This document shows positions 12,158 through 24,844 of a stretch of 64,000 nt of DNA, one piece after another. The notes below the pieces were generated by a model. That model made no database searches. It saw only the letters and a list, made by a program, of their open reading frames with translations, and was not told where the DNA came from. A program made the translations under genes and the position numbers. Source of the DNA: Veleropilina oligotropha (Eukaryota); the NCBI GenBank assembly GCA_048128005.1, contig JBEUKZ010000036.1, forward strand, positions 62,001 through 126,000, read 5' to 3'. Each line of letters opens with the position of its first letter. Within the stretch, counting starts at the first letter, position 1.

Positions 12158-14031
12158 CACTGGGTAGTGTTGTGGATTGAGAAGCATTAGACTAAGCTCC
12201 CAGATCACTCGCCTGACTGCTGTGATTAACACTCGGTAGTGTTGTGGATTGAGAAGCATTAGACTAAGCTCCCAGATCCCTCGCCTGACTGCCGTGATTA
12301 ACACTCGGTAGTGTTGTGGATTGAGAAGCATTAGACTAAGCTCCCAGATCCCTCGCCTGACTGCTGTGATTAACACTCGGTAGTGTTGTGGATTGAGAAG
12401 CATTAGACTAAGCTCCCAGATCACTCGCCTGACTGCTCTGATTAACACTGGGTAGTGTTGTGGATTGAGAAGCATTAGACTAAGCTCCCAGATCCCTCGC
12501 CTGACTGCTGTGATTAACACTGGGTAGTGTTGTGGATTGAGAAGCATTAGACTAAGCTCCAAGATCACTCGCCTGACTGCTCTGATTAACACTCGGTAGT
12601 GTTGTGGATTGAGAAGCATTAGACTAAGCTCCCAGATCCCTCGCCTGACTGCTGTGATTAACACTGGGTAGTGTTGTGGATTGAGAAGCATTAGACTAAG
12701 CTCCCAGATCCCTCGCCTGACTGCTGTGATTAACACTCGGTAGTGTTGTGGATTGAGAAGCATTAGACTAAGCTCCCAGATCCCTCGCCTGACTGCTCTG
12801 ATTAACACTGGGTAGTGTTGTGGATTGAGAAGCATTAGACTAAGCTCCCAGATCCCTCGCCCGACTGCTGTGATTAACACTGGGTAGTGTTGTGGATTGA
12901 GAAGCATTAGACTAAGCTCCCAGATCACTCGCCTGACTGCTCTGATTAACACTCGGTAGTGTTGTGGATTGAGAAGCATTAGACTAAGCTCCCAGATCCC
13001 TCGCCTGACTGCTCTGATTAACACTCGGTAGTGTTGTGGATTGAGAAGCATTAGACTAAGCTCCCAGATCCCTCGCCTGACTGCTCTGATTAACACTGGG
13101 TAGTGTTGTGGATTGAGAAGCATTAGACTAAGCTCCCAGATCCCTCGCCTGACTGCCGTGATTAACACTCGGTAGTGTTGTGGATTGAGAAGCATTAGAC
13201 TAAGCTCCCAGATCACTCGCCTGACTGCTCTGATTAACACTGGGTAGTGTTGTGGATTGAGAAGCATTAGACTAAGCTCCCAGATCCCTCGCCTGACTGC
13301 CGTGATTAACACTCGGTAGTGTTGTGGATTGAGAAGCATTAGACTAAGCTCCCAGATCCCTCGCCTGACTGCTGTGATTAACACTCGGTAGTGTTGTGGA
13401 TTGAGAAGCATTAGACTAAGCTCCCAGATCCCTCGCCTGACTGCTCTGATTAACACTGGGTAGTGTTGTGGATTGAGAAGCATTAGACTAAGCTCCCAGA
13501 TCCCTCGCCTGACTGCTCTGATTAACGCTGGGTAGTGTTGTGGATTGAGAAGCATTAGACTAAGCTCCCAGATCACTCGCCTGACTGCTCTGATTAACAC
13601 TCGGTAGTGTTGTGGATTGAGAAGCATTAGACTAAGCTCCCAGATCCGTCGCCTGACTGCTCTGATTAACACTGGGTAGTGTTGTGGATTGAGAAGCATT
13701 AGACTAAGCTCCCAGATCCCTCGCCTGACTGCTGTGATTAACACTCGGTAGTGTTGTGGATTGAGAAGCATTAGACTAAGCTCCCAGATCACTCGCCTGA
13801 CTGCTCTGATTAACACTCGGTAGTGTTGTGGATTGAGAAGCATTAGACTAAGCTCCCAGATCCGTCGCCTGACTGCTCTGATTAACACTGGGTAGTGTTG
13901 TGGATTGAGAAGCATTAGACTAAGCTCCCAGATCACTCGCCTGACTGCTCTGATTAACACTGGGTAGTGTTGTGGATTGAGAAGCATTAGACTAAGCTCC
14001 CAGATCACTCGCCTGACTGCTCTGATTAACA
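12158..14031. repeat. 72-bp minisatellite, left arm (~26 units)
   Basis: Unit GGTAGTGTTGTGGATTGAGAAGCATTAGACTAAGCTCCCAGATCMCTCGCCTGACTGCTSTGATTAACACTS. Confidence 0.98.
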
Positions 14032-16475
14032 AGTCAAGTAGGTTTATTTAGGCCATTGGCCAAACAGAAATACATATAAATACATAAATTTCATCGAGAC
14101 ATCAAGTGAAAACAATAGAATATATTTACAATAGTTACCAGAGGTATGTAATTGGTCAAATATTAATCAATGTTAAGTAGTTCTTGGTAACTTTTCGAAA
14201 TTTCGTATATACATTTGGATAAATTAAATATGATAGTATTGTTCTTTTCCGATAGTAAATTTATGAACTTGTAGTTGGTGGGGTGTAGAATGTAATAATC
14301 AGGTAAGTATTTTTTTCTGATATTGTTATAATTCGGACATACTAGTAGTATATGGTATTCGTCTTCTAAGCTGTTGCAGGTATCACATAATCTGAGATGA
14401 CGCTGTAGTCTATTTGAATTCCATCTACCCCTCTCGATCATAAAATAGTGGGAGCTCAACCGGAAACGAGAAAGTGCGATTCTGTATTTATTTCGTTTTA
14501 CACTATCCAAGTACTGAGCAAATTCAAATTCTTTATATTGTTTGTAGTAGTGTGCCCTCGAAGTAGTTTCCATGCTATTTCGCCAAGTTTGAATAAAATT
14601 ATCCTGCAATCTTCTTTTAAATTCCCTTATGAAAGCGCCAACATCCCACGCACCTTGGTCCTCCCATATATAACCAAATCCATGTTCGAATAAAAGTTTT
14701 TTTAAATTTGAAACCCAAGTTATTGTTTGCGGATGGTCTTGAAGAATTTGTACTAGTTTATCATACATAATATAGATACATTTATTTTCACTCGATGAGA
14801 TTATTTTAAACCAGTACTTTAATATTCTTACGTATCTTTCAATTTGGAGATTATATACACCAAGTTCTCCATAAATCAAGTTACTCGGGGTACCACTTTT
14901 AACGAAAAGTAATTCCTTATAAAATTTCAGACGAACTCTTTCGACATCAACACCCTTGTTAAACCCCCACAACTCACAGTTATAATTTAAAATCGGAACA
15001 ACAACAGTATCAAATATCGACATTTTGGTTGTAAAGTTCAGAGTAGGGTAATCTATGAAATATTTTTTTAAGCTAAAAACGGCCCTTGATGCTTGTTCTG
15101 ACAATGCTTTTTGGGTTGTATTCAAATTTCCAGTTGTGGTAAATACTGTTCCTAGGTATTTAAAGTTATTGACGAATTCAATTTCTTTTCCATTATAAAA
15201 TAATTTATCCGCTTTAGCCAATCTTCCTCCTTTCCTGAACACAATCGCTTTTGTTTTTTCTACATTCAGTGTTAAACCGTTTCTGTGACAATAAGCCTCT
15301 AAACACAATGTTCCGTCTTGCAGACCCTTGCAACTTTCGGCAAACATTGCCGTATCATCAGCAAATAGAATAACAAGTAACTTAATGTATAAATCTATAT
15401 TGATTCCCATGGTATCAATTTCACTTAAAGCCGTTTCAATATCATTGACAAACATAGAAAATAGTAGTGGCGAGAGGCTTTCACCTTGCCGTACTCCCAA
15501 ACAACACTCAAAAAACTCATATTCATCATTATTCATGTTACTCTGACGAACACAAGATTTTACATTGGAATACATACTTCTGAGAAGATTAATACACTTT
15601 GTACTAAACCCCTCTTCAAGGAGTTTATACCACAGCACATCTCTGTCAATGTAGTCAAAAGCTTTTTTAAAATCCACGAAAAGACAATAAAGTTTGTTGT
15701 TGTTGCTAAGCATAATATCTATTAAACTTTTTAGTATAAATGTACAATCAGTAGTAGAATGGTTCATTCGGAATCCGAATTGTACTTCATTATAGATTCT
15801 GTTTTTTTCTGCCCATAGGTATAATCTATTGTTTAAGACTATGGTAAAAAGTTTTCCAAAACAGCTTAATAAAGTAATCCCCCTATAGTTATCAGCTTCG
15901 TCAATATTACCTTTTTTATGGATTGGGACAATAATGCCCTTCTTCCACTCTGTTGGGAATAATCCCGTATTAAAAATGGAGTTAAAGAGCTTATAAAAAC
16001 ATGGTAAAAGTACATCCCTTCCTTCAACTAAAAACTCATTCAGAATCAGATCATATCCACTAGATTTGTTTTTTTTTAGTTTATTTAATGCTATATCGAT
16101 CTCTTCAATAGTTATTTCCCTGTCTAATTCCTCTACAGATAGACCCAGTCCTTCCCAGTTAATATTTGTCGATGCCGTTTTAACACCCTCATCCAGAGGA
16201 GGTTTTATTTCTGGATTCATTAATTTATGGAAGTATTCGTTAAAATTGCACATTGGCGCTTTATTCACATTTTTCCGTTTCAACTTTAATTTATTCCAGA
16301 ACGCCTTTGAGTCTTTTTTGCACAATTGTATAAGGTGATCACATTCATGGTTACGAAAAACGTTGATTTTCCTTCTGCAAATTGTGCGATAGTTATTTCT
16401 TGCTGTAACATAGTACGTGTATAGTCTATTTTCTTCGGTTGCGTTTGAGCGGAATTGTTTTTCAGTGTCTTTAAA
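14032..16475 (-). mobile_element. 5'-truncated non-LTR retrotransposon (RTE-X-like LINE) inserted in the minisatellite
   Basis: RT ORF followed by a 3' UTR ending GGCCTAAATAAACCTACTTGACT. Both flanks are satellite in register, with 3 bp lost and no TSD. Confidence 0.9.
14163..16475 (-). CDS. LINE ORF2, partial: RT domain and C-terminal CCHC-type motif; endonuclease lost by truncation
   Basis: NYRGITLL, QFGFR, FVDFKKAFD, GVRQGESLSPLLF, LFADD, FKYLG, then RLSSH..IERGRW..CDTC..EDEYH..C. The frame stays open upstream of the listed ORF up to the junction at 16475. Confidence 0.92.
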   Translation of the reverse strand, partial: FKDTEKQFRSNATEENRLYTYYVTARNNYRTICRRKINVFRNHECDHLIQLCKKDSKAFWNKLKLKRKNVNKAPMCNFNEYFHKLMNPEIKPPLDEGVKTASTNINWEGLGLSVEELDREITIEEIDIALNKLKKNKSSGYDLILNEFLVEGRDVLLPCFYKLFNSIFNTGLFPTEWKKGIIVPIHKKGNIDEADNYRGITLLSCFGKLFTIVLNNRLYLWAEKNRIYNEVQFGFRMNHSTTDCTFILKSLIDIMLSNNNKLYCLFVDFKKAFDYIDRDVLWYKLLEEGFSTKCINLLRSMYSNVKSCVRQSNMNNDEYEFFECCLGVRQGESLSPLLFSMFVNDIETALSEIDTMGINIDLYIKLLVILFADDTAMFAESCKGLQDGTLCLEAYCHRNGLTLNVEKTKAIVFRKGGRLAKADKLFYNGKEIEFVNNFKYLGTVFTTTGNLNTTQKALSEQASRAVFSLKKYFIDYPTLNFTTKMSIFDTVVVPILNYNCELWGFNKGVDVERVRLKFYKELLFVKSGTPSNLIYGELGVYNLQIERYVRILKYWFKIISSSENKCIYIMYDKLVQILQDHPQTITWVSNLKKLLFEHGFGYIWEDQGAWDVGAFIREFKRRLQDNFIQTWRNSMETTSRAHYYKQYKEFEFAQYLDSVKRNKYRIALSRFRLSSHYFMIERGRWNSNRLQRHLRLCDTCNSLEDEYHILLVCPNYNNIRKKYLPDYYILHPTNYKFINLLSEKNNTIIFNLSKCIYEISKSYQELLNID

Positions 16476-19400
16476 GGTAGTGTTGTGGATTGAGAAGCAT
16501 TAGACTAAGTTCCCAGATCCCTCGCCTGACTGCTGTGATTAACACTCGGTAGTGTTGTGGATTGAGAAGCATTAGACTAAGCTCCCAGATCACTCGCCTG
16601 ACTGCTCTGATTAACACTGGGTAGTGTTGTGGATTGAGAAGCATTAGACTAAGCTCCCAGATCCCTCGCCTGACTGCTGTGATTAACACTCGGTAGTGTT
16701 GTGGATTGAGAAGCATTAGACTAAGCTCCCAGATCCCTCGCCTGACTGCTGTGATTAACACTCGGTAGTGTTGTGGATTGAGAAGCATTAGACTAAGCTC
16801 CCAGATCCCTCGCCTGACTGCTCTGATTAACACTCGGTAGTGTTGTGGATTGAGAAGCATTAGACTAAGCTCCCAGATCCCTCGCCTGACTGCCGTGATT
16901 AACACTCGGTAGTGTTGTGGATTGAGAAGCATTAGACTAAGCTCCCAGATCCCTCGCCTGACTGCTCTGATTAACACTCGGTAGTGTTGTGGATTGAGAA
17001 GCATTAGACTAAGCTCCCAGATCACTCGCCTGACTGCTGTGATTAACACTGGGTAGTGTTGTGGATTGAGAAGCATTAGACTAAGCTCCCAGATCCCTCG
17101 CCTGACTGCTGTGATTAACACTCGGTAGTGTTGTGGATTGAGAAGCATTAGACTAAGCTCCCAGATCCCTCGCCTGACTGCTCTGATTAACACTGGGTAG
17201 TGTTGTGGATTGAGAAGCATTAGACTAAGCTCCCAGATCACTCGCCTGACTGCTGTGATTAACACTGGGTAGTGTTGTGGATTGAGAAGCATTAGACTAA
17301 GCTCCCAGATCCCTCGCCTGACTGCTCTGATTAACACTCGGTAGTGTTGTGGATTGAGAAGCATTAGACTAAGCTCCCAGATCCGTCGCCTGACTGCTCT
17401 GATTAACACTCGGTAGTGTTGTGGATTGAGAAGCATTAGACTAAGCTCCCAGATCCCTCGCCTGACTGCTGTGATTAACACTGGGTAGTGTTGTGGATTG
17501 AGAAGCATTAGACTAAGCTCCCAGATCACTCGCCTGACTGCTCTGATTAACACTGGGTAGTGTTGTGGATTGAGAAGCATTAGACTAAGCTCCCAGATCC
17601 CTCGCCTGACTGCTGTGATTAACACTCGGTAGTGTTGTGGATTGAGAAGCATTAGACTAAGCTCCCAGATCCGTCGCCTGACTGCTCTGATTAACACTCG
17701 GTAGTGTTGTGGATTGAGAAGCATTAGACTAAGCTCCCAGATCACTCGCCTGACTGCTCTGATTAACACTCGGTAGTGTTGTGGATTGAGAAGCATTAGA
17801 CTAAGCTCCCAGATCCCTCGCCTGACTGCTCTGATTAACACTCGGTAGTGTTGTGGATTGAGAAGCATTAGACTAAGCTCCCAGATCACTCGCCTGACTG
17901 CTGTGATTAACACTCGGTAGTGTTGTGGATTGAGAAGCATTAGACTAAGCTCCCAGATCCCTCGCCTGACTGCTCTGATTAACACTGGGTAGTGTTGTGG
18001 ATTGAGAAGCATTATAGACTAAGCTCCCAGATCACTCGCCTGACTGCTGTGATTAACACTCGGTAGTGTTGTGGATTGAGAAGCATTAGACTAAGCTCCC
18101 AGATCACTCGCCTGACTGCCGTGATTAACACTCGGTAGTGTTGTGGATTGAGAAGCATTAGACTAAGCTGACCCTGATCCCTCGCCTGACTGCTGTGATT
18201 AACACTCGGTAGTGTTGTGGATTGAGAAGCATTAGACTAAGCTCCCAGATCACTCGCCTGACTGCTCTGATTAACACTGGGTAGTGTTGTGGATTGAGAA
18301 GCATTAGACTAAGCTCCCAGATAACTCGCCTGACTGCTGTGATTAACACTCGGTAGTGTTGTGGATTGAGAAGCATTAGACTAAGCTCCCAGATCCCTCG
18401 CCTGACTGCTCTGATTAACACTGGGTAGTGTTGTGGATTGAGAAGCATTAGACTAAGCTCCCAGATCCCTCGCCTGACTGCTGTGATTAACACTCGGTAG
18501 TGTTGTGGATTGAGAAGCATTAGACTAAGCTCCCAGATCCCTCGCCTGACTGCTCTGATTAACACTGGGTAGTGTTGTGGATTGAGAAGCATTAGACTAA
18601 GCTCCCAGATCCCTCGCCTGACTGCTGTGATTAACACTGGGTAGTGTTGTGGATTGAGAAGCATTAGACTAAGCTCCCAGATCACTCGCCTGCCTGCTGT
18701 GATTAACACTGGGTAGTGTTGTGGATTGAGAAGCATTAGACTAAGCTCCCAGATTACTCGCCTGACGGCTCTGATTAACACTGGGTAGTGTTGTGGATTG
18801 AGAAGCATTAGACTAAGCTCCCAGATCACTCGCCTGACTGCTGTGATTAACACTCGGTAGTGTTGTGGATTGAGAAGCATTAGACTAAGCTCCCAGATCC
18901 CTCGCCTGACTGCTCTTATTAACACTGGGTAGTGTTGTGGATTGAGAAGCATTATAGACTAAGCTCCCAGATCACTCGCCTGACTGCTCTGATTAACACT
19001 CGGTAGTGTTGTGGATTGAGAAGCATTAGACTAAGCTCCCAGATCCCTCGCCTGACTGCTGTGATTAACACTCGGTAGTGTTGTGGATTGAGAAGCATTA
19101 GACTAAGCTCCCAGATCCCTCGCCTGACTGCTCTGATTAACACTGGGTAGTGTTGTGGATTGAGAAGCATTAGACTAAGCTCCCAGATCCCTCGCCTGAC
19201 TGCTCTGATTAACACTCGGTAGTGTTGTGGATTGAGAAGCATTAGACTAAGCTCCCAGATCCCTCGCCTGACTGCTCTGATTAACACTGGGTAGTGTTGT
19301 GGATTGAGAAGCATTAGACTAAGCTCCCAGATCACTCGCCTGACTGCTCTGATTAACACTCGGTAGTGTTGTGGATTGAGAAGCATTAGACTAAGCTCCC

Positions 19401-20252
19401 AGATCCGTCGCCTGACTGCTCTGATTAACACTGGGTAGTGTTGTGGATTGAGAAGCATTAGACTAAGCTCCCAGATCACTCGCCTGACTGCTCTGATTAA
19501 CACTGGGTAGTGTTGTGGATTGAGAAGCATTAGACTAAGCTCCCAGATCACTCGCCTGACTGCTCTGATTAACACTGGGTAGTGTTGTGGATTGAGAAGC
19601 ATTAGACTAAGCTCCCAGATCACTCGCCTGACTGCTCTGATTAACACTGGGTAGTGTTGTGGATTGCGAAGCATTAGACTAAGCTCCCAGATCCCTCGCC
19701 TGACTGCTGTGATTAACACTCGGTAGTGTTGTGGATTGAGAAGCATTAGACTAAGCTCCCAGATCACTCGCCTGACTGCTCTGATTAACACTGGGTAGTG
19801 TTGTGGATTGAGAAGCATTAGACTAAGCTCCCAGATCCCTCGCCTGACTGCTGTGATTAACACTCGGTAGTGTTGTGGATTGAGAAGCATTAGACTAAGC
19901 TCCCAGATCCCTCGCCTGACTGCTCTGATTAACACTGGGTAGTGTTGTGGATTGAGAAGCATTAGACTAAGCTCCCAGATCCCTCGCCTGACTGCTCTGA
20001 TTAACACTGGGTAGTGTTGTGGATTGAGAAGCATTAGACTAAGCTCCCAGATCCCTCGCCTGACTGCTCTGATTAACACTGGGTAGTGTTGTGGATTGAG
20101 AAGCATTAGACTAAGCTCCCAGATCCCTCGCCTGACTGCTGTGATTAACACTCGGTAGTGTTGTGGATTGAGAAGCATTAGACTAAGCTCCCAGATCCCT
20201 CGCCTGACTGCTCTGATTAACACTCGGTAGTGTTGTGGATTGAGAAGCATTA
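16476..20252. repeat. 72-bp minisatellite, right arm (~52 units)
   Basis: Same unit; 2-bp TA insertions at about 18013 and 18953, and a variant unit at about 18170. Confidence 0.98.
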
Positions 20253-20716
20253 ATTTGCTGATGCAGGTGGATTTTCCAGACTTGCGACTTTCGATAATAT
20301 ATATGGACTTGTCTTGATATGAACCAGTTTATATATTTATCACATGACACAGCTGTTATGCAATGGCTAAACCCATTTCATAATTTCAATATGAATACAC
20401 GTTACATAACTATGCAAATGAAGGTGTGCATGTTGCCATTCCTCGTCGCATCACCCTAATTAACATATTGAATAATTCATATGCGTTGACATGTCCTCTG
20501 GTGACAAAACAAAGACGTCTGATCAAGAAACAAATTACCGGACTCTAGTTATTGGCGTACGTGTGTATTTTGGCGTGGCACGTGCTGTCGAGGCGTGATG
20601 CGTCTGAGGCAGGCAATTTTATGACTGAAAATACTGACAGAAATCAGTTTAAAAATGTAAAGAAATAATTTTAAAACGTAAAAAAAAAGTTTCAAGGTAA
20701 ATAAAGTGATAAAGAA

Positions 20717-20855
20717 GATATCAAACTCGTTTCCATTTCATATGAGAATTATGAAATTCGTCAGCAAATTTATGTACCTCGCCAAGGCTCAGTCCATAAA
20801 TTGTGCCCGACTCGTTTCATAATTCTCATATGAAATGGAAACTCATTTGAGATCC
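20717..20855. repeat. Long imperfect palindrome (~140 bp)
   Basis: GTTTCCATTTCATATGAGAATTATGAAA pairs with TTTCATAATTCTCATATGAAATGGAAAC; apex CCTCGCCAAGGCTCAG. Confidence 0.85.
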
Positions 20856-21847
20856 TCTATATATATATGGCCTTGTCCTGATATGAACCAGTTACCTGAA
20901 GAATGTTAAATTCGGACATTAAGCATGGATTCCAACCAAGCCGTGCCGCTGACTTGTCATTATTTTCCTTTCATGCGTGTGTATTATGTTGCGTACTTGG
21001 AATTCAACCAGGGTGTAGCGAACAAGTTTAAATTAGGCTCCCTCGCCATTACGCCCGGGGCATTCCAATCAATGCAGTGGTTCAGTGAATGTCATTAGGC
21101 TTCTTGTAACGTGAATCTAAAGTCAATTTGGCATTTATTCCCATTCTCCAATCACATGTGACGCTTCCAAATTAACCAGTCTGTCAGTGATGAGGAATTG
21201 ATTGCTTCAGAGCAGACGAAGTTAAACGTCCACTTGTCAACTGGGCAATAATCAACATGTAGCGAGACATGCTCTATTTTGAGATCATAGCATTTTTAAC
21301 CAATTTTCATTCAACAACCAACAATTTGCCCTATAAATTATACATTGTAGTTTATAAGACTTGAAGAAAACAATTATTTAGTCTCGACACCATGCATAAA
21401 AAACAGGAATTACTCAAAAACAATCTTGACAGCAAAGATTCATACTGTAGTAATGTCATCATATCATTGATGCAAAGATCTCTTCAGTCAATAAATAATC
21501 AAATTTGCACAAGCAATTTCATATTTATCAGTCATGCCGGTCCTAACTCCATATATCTGAAGTCACATGTGTGATTTCCACCATATATTCTAGACAAGTT
21601 CAACATGACACTGTCTGCTTACTGACATGACTGAAATAATAAATTCAAATTAAAAACTCACAACACAGTTGCATAAGGTGGGTATGATTGATCAATTAAG
21701 ATCGGACAGTCAGATGGACAGCCATAGTCACTTCTGGAGGTGATTCCCCCCCCCCCCCTAAAAATGCACTTGTTAAACATGGATGACGGTGTCCAATAAT
21801 CTGCAGCAGTGCCATTGTCAATATTTCTGTAGTCTACAATCTCAGTA

Positions 21848-21935
21848 CATTATCTATATATAGTACTATAATGTCATTATCTATATATATAGTACTATAA
21901 TGTCATTATCTATATATAGTACTATAATGTCATTA
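21848..21935. repeat. ~27-bp tandem repeat x3
   Basis: CATTATCTATATATAGTACTATAATGT repeated. Confidence 0.85.
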
Positions 21936-22546
21936 CCTTCGCCCCCCGTAGTGTGGTAGAGGGTATTGCAATCGGGTCGGTTTGTCTGTCTGTTTGTCCG
22001 CGACCATATCTCAACAACCATCAATCCGATTAACTCAAGATAGGGGCCACCCTACGCTCGGTCCTCCCCAAAGATGATCCGAATTGAAAAGCGGATTCGG
22101 ATTTTATGACATAATTTCCGTCTGTCCGTGAGCATATCTCAAAAACCATAGATCCGATTTACTTAATTTTTGGACACACGATTGGGTCCACCTTAGGCTC
22201 GGCCCTCATCAAAGACGATCTGAATTGGAAAGCAGATCTGGAGTTTATGATGCAATTTCCGTTTGCGGATTTTTGGCTGTATCTCAACAACCATTGAACC
22301 GATTTACCCAGATCAGGTCCACCCTAGGCTCGGTTCTCTGTAAAAATGATCGGAGTCGGAAAGCGGATCTGGATTTTATAACGCAATTTCCTGTTTGCGG
22401 ATTTTCGACTCTAGCGCTAGAGATTTACGCCCCACAGACTTCGAATTTTGCTCAAAATGTTCTTTAACTATTTTTCGCAGAGATATCTAGCTTTCATCAT
22501 TCCTTGCCACCGGGGGCGAAGGTTTGCAATCTCTGATTGCCTTGTT
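21932..22546 (-). mobile_element. Non-autonomous Helentron/HINE-like element
   Basis: Subterminal inverted ACCTTCGCCCCC/GGGGGCGAAGGT, (TGTC)n, degenerate internal repeats, and a CTTGTT end (AACAAG on the minus strand). Confidence 0.65.
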
Positions 22547-22726
22547 GGGTCTCCTTTCAGAATATTATCTGATACCATTCCACGGACTGGCATTTGAGAA
22601 TTGACATAAATGTATTGACTTCACTGTTATTAATAATTATGTAGCAATGCAGCTCATGAATGAATATTCTTCGTTACTGCATGTACTGAGCCAAGGGTGC
22701 AATCCATATGGTGACATATTATATTA

Positions 22727-23355
22727 TATGAACAAAATGCAATGCGTCCAAAATATGGCTGCAAGGATAATAACAAGAACATCCCGCCATAACCATATCA
22801 CCCCTGTTCTGAAGGATTTACACTGGCTCCCTGTCAACAGACGCATACAATTTAAGATTCTGACGCATACTTTCAAAGCTCTACATAACAAAGCACCGGC
22901 ATATATCACAGACATGCTGAACATATATCAACCGAGGAGATCATTGCGATCCGAAGATTCTCTTACCCTCGTTGTTCCAAGATCTAGAACTTCATATTAT
23001 GGCGATCGACAATTTAAACTTTCATCCGCCAAATTATGGAATTCCCTGCCCCGTAATATTCGGGAAGCAAACACTCTGAACACTTTTAAAATTCTACTAA
23101 AGACTCATTTATTTTCTTTACACTTTGGTATCTAAATATACTCATTCTCATTCCATATTCGCTGTGCCATTGACTAGTCAACTGTTTTTTTTTACTGTTA
23201 TATTCTTATTTCAGTAAATATTGTATTACTCAAGGCTTTATTTTATATGATGATGTTTAAATATGTTTATTAATATAATATATGTGATGTACAGCGCTTT
23301 TGAACGTGCTTTTATGTATGAAAAGAGCGCTTTATAAATATGGTATATAATAATT
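22727..23355 (+). mobile_element. 3' fragment of an L2-clade LINE
   Basis: VQNMAARII..HITPVLKDLHWLPV..RIQFKIL..APAY..LWNSLP..FKILLKTHLF, then the tail GTACAGCGCTTT...AGCGCTTTATAAAT. Confidence 0.88.
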
Positions 23356-24245
23356 ATATCAGTAATCTGCATAAATAACATATAAAAGTATAATAATAAT
23401 CGTGGAAAACTTAATTACGAGAACGTTTATTACACAGTTGAAGAAAAATATTTCCATACAATATGTCATCACTTTTAATCAAAGTGCGACTGTCAAAAAG
23501 ATTTTAGATTTTAGCAGCATACAAGCTGGGATGAGATAAAAGGCAATTACTTTCCATTTCTCCAGGTTTATTATTAAACCTGTGTGACAGACAGCATTCA
23601 TTGTGTAACAAGAATTGGAGCTTGGTGCTTATAAATGCCTAAACTGTCTGGGGTCGCATTGTGACACGAATCATTCAAAATTGACATTTCCTATTGAAGA
23701 GAGCCTGTTCTTATTCATTCCAGCTTTGCTACTAATCCTGTAATTCATCAGTCCAAGAGGCACTAGTAAATACGGGGGCTTTTTTCTCAAGGAATTGCAT
23801 TTAGAGAACGAATTTCACATCCACTTGCCATGCAAACGTTGCATGCAGGAAAAGTTAATTCATCTATCCACCGTCTCATCAGCTCTTTGTCACCAGACTA
23901 CTCAATAATGCTGCCAATTTGTAGCTGCGGCACAGAAACGGTATTGACAAAAATAAAAGCCAAAGTGCATTTAATTTAATGCATTTCAATGGCTGCAGCC
24001 CAACACTGTTTCTTTTTGACAGATCAAATCGATGCTGTCTGTGAATTTCACTGACAAAATTAAATTTCATTGTTGAAAGAATAAGCAGTGGTCCTGTGGA
24101 TTATACTGTAACATAAAATATTTATGGTTTTCTCAGCAGCAAGTATAACAGGGTTATTTTAATAACATGTTTAATTAGCAAACGTCATGTGATGTCAAGT
24201 ATGCCAATCAAACATCACGTATTTCGCAAAATGGAAATAATATAA

Positions 24246-24378
24246 GTTGTCGAGCGACGTCGCGGTAGTATACAGTACGTTGTACATGGTTTGATGTTAA
24301 ACCTCGAGGCGATAGCCGAGGGGTTTAACGTCAATAGGTGTACAACGTACCGTATACTACCAGACGAAGATTCGACAA
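24246..24378. repeat. Long imperfect palindrome (~130 bp)
   Basis: GGTAGTATACAGTACGTTGTACA pairs with TGTACAACGTACCGTATACTACC; apex CTCGAGGCGATAGCCGAG. Confidence 0.85.
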
Positions 24379-24667
24379 AGAATTTATCTTGCTTTTAATT
24401 TGAATTATATTTTCCCTATCTATTAATTAACCTAATATTGTTGTTTGTCACATTATACGAGCGCAACCATATACCTGTATGTTACCTGTATATACCTGAA
24501 TAAATACCCGATTCTCTGCAACGCCGGAGGCAATTTTCTACAAGAATACACCCAGACAGGGCATACGTACTACGTAAGCCCTGAATTTAAAAATTATCTG
24601 GAGCCCTGCATGTTGTTTTTAAAACAAATATATAAGAAGGCTCCGAAGTTCTGAACAATTTAAAATA

Positions 24668-24779
24668 CAGTTGGTTCGTTGGCAACATCATTTTACGACC
24701 ACTTTTAGCAATTTATCAGCTGTATCCTAGTCGGGACACACGGTTTAAGGTCTCACTCTGATCTGACCGACATACATTG
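24668..24779. repeat. Dispersed repeat with a second copy at about 63882-63998
   Basis: Both copies share GTTGG..TTGGCAACAT..TTTTACGACCA.TTTTAGCAA...CGGTTTAAGGTCTCACTC...TCTGACCGACATACATT. Confidence 0.75.
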
Positions 24780-24844
24780 GGGATATGCCTTCTATCATTT
24801 TAAGTGGTAAAATATAGACAAAATATAGAAGACTATGTACATGC

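Noticed and set aside
12204..12220. Similarity of the satellite (TCACTCGCCTGACTGC) to the PORCN donor region (TCACTCACCTGACCGC); possible micro-exon array
   Set aside because: Only 14 of 16 bases match, the donor would be GC, and there is no credible acceptor in the unit; probably chance.
11984..20250. Long ORFs made of 24-aa repeats (LLNPQHYPVLIRAVRRGIWELSLM)
   Set aside because: They arise from a stop-free frame in a 72-bp unit; 2-bp insertions and a LINE break the frame, and there is no unique coding flank.
12158..20252. CRISPR-like array
   Set aside because: No unique spacers, no cas genes, and a eukaryotic context.
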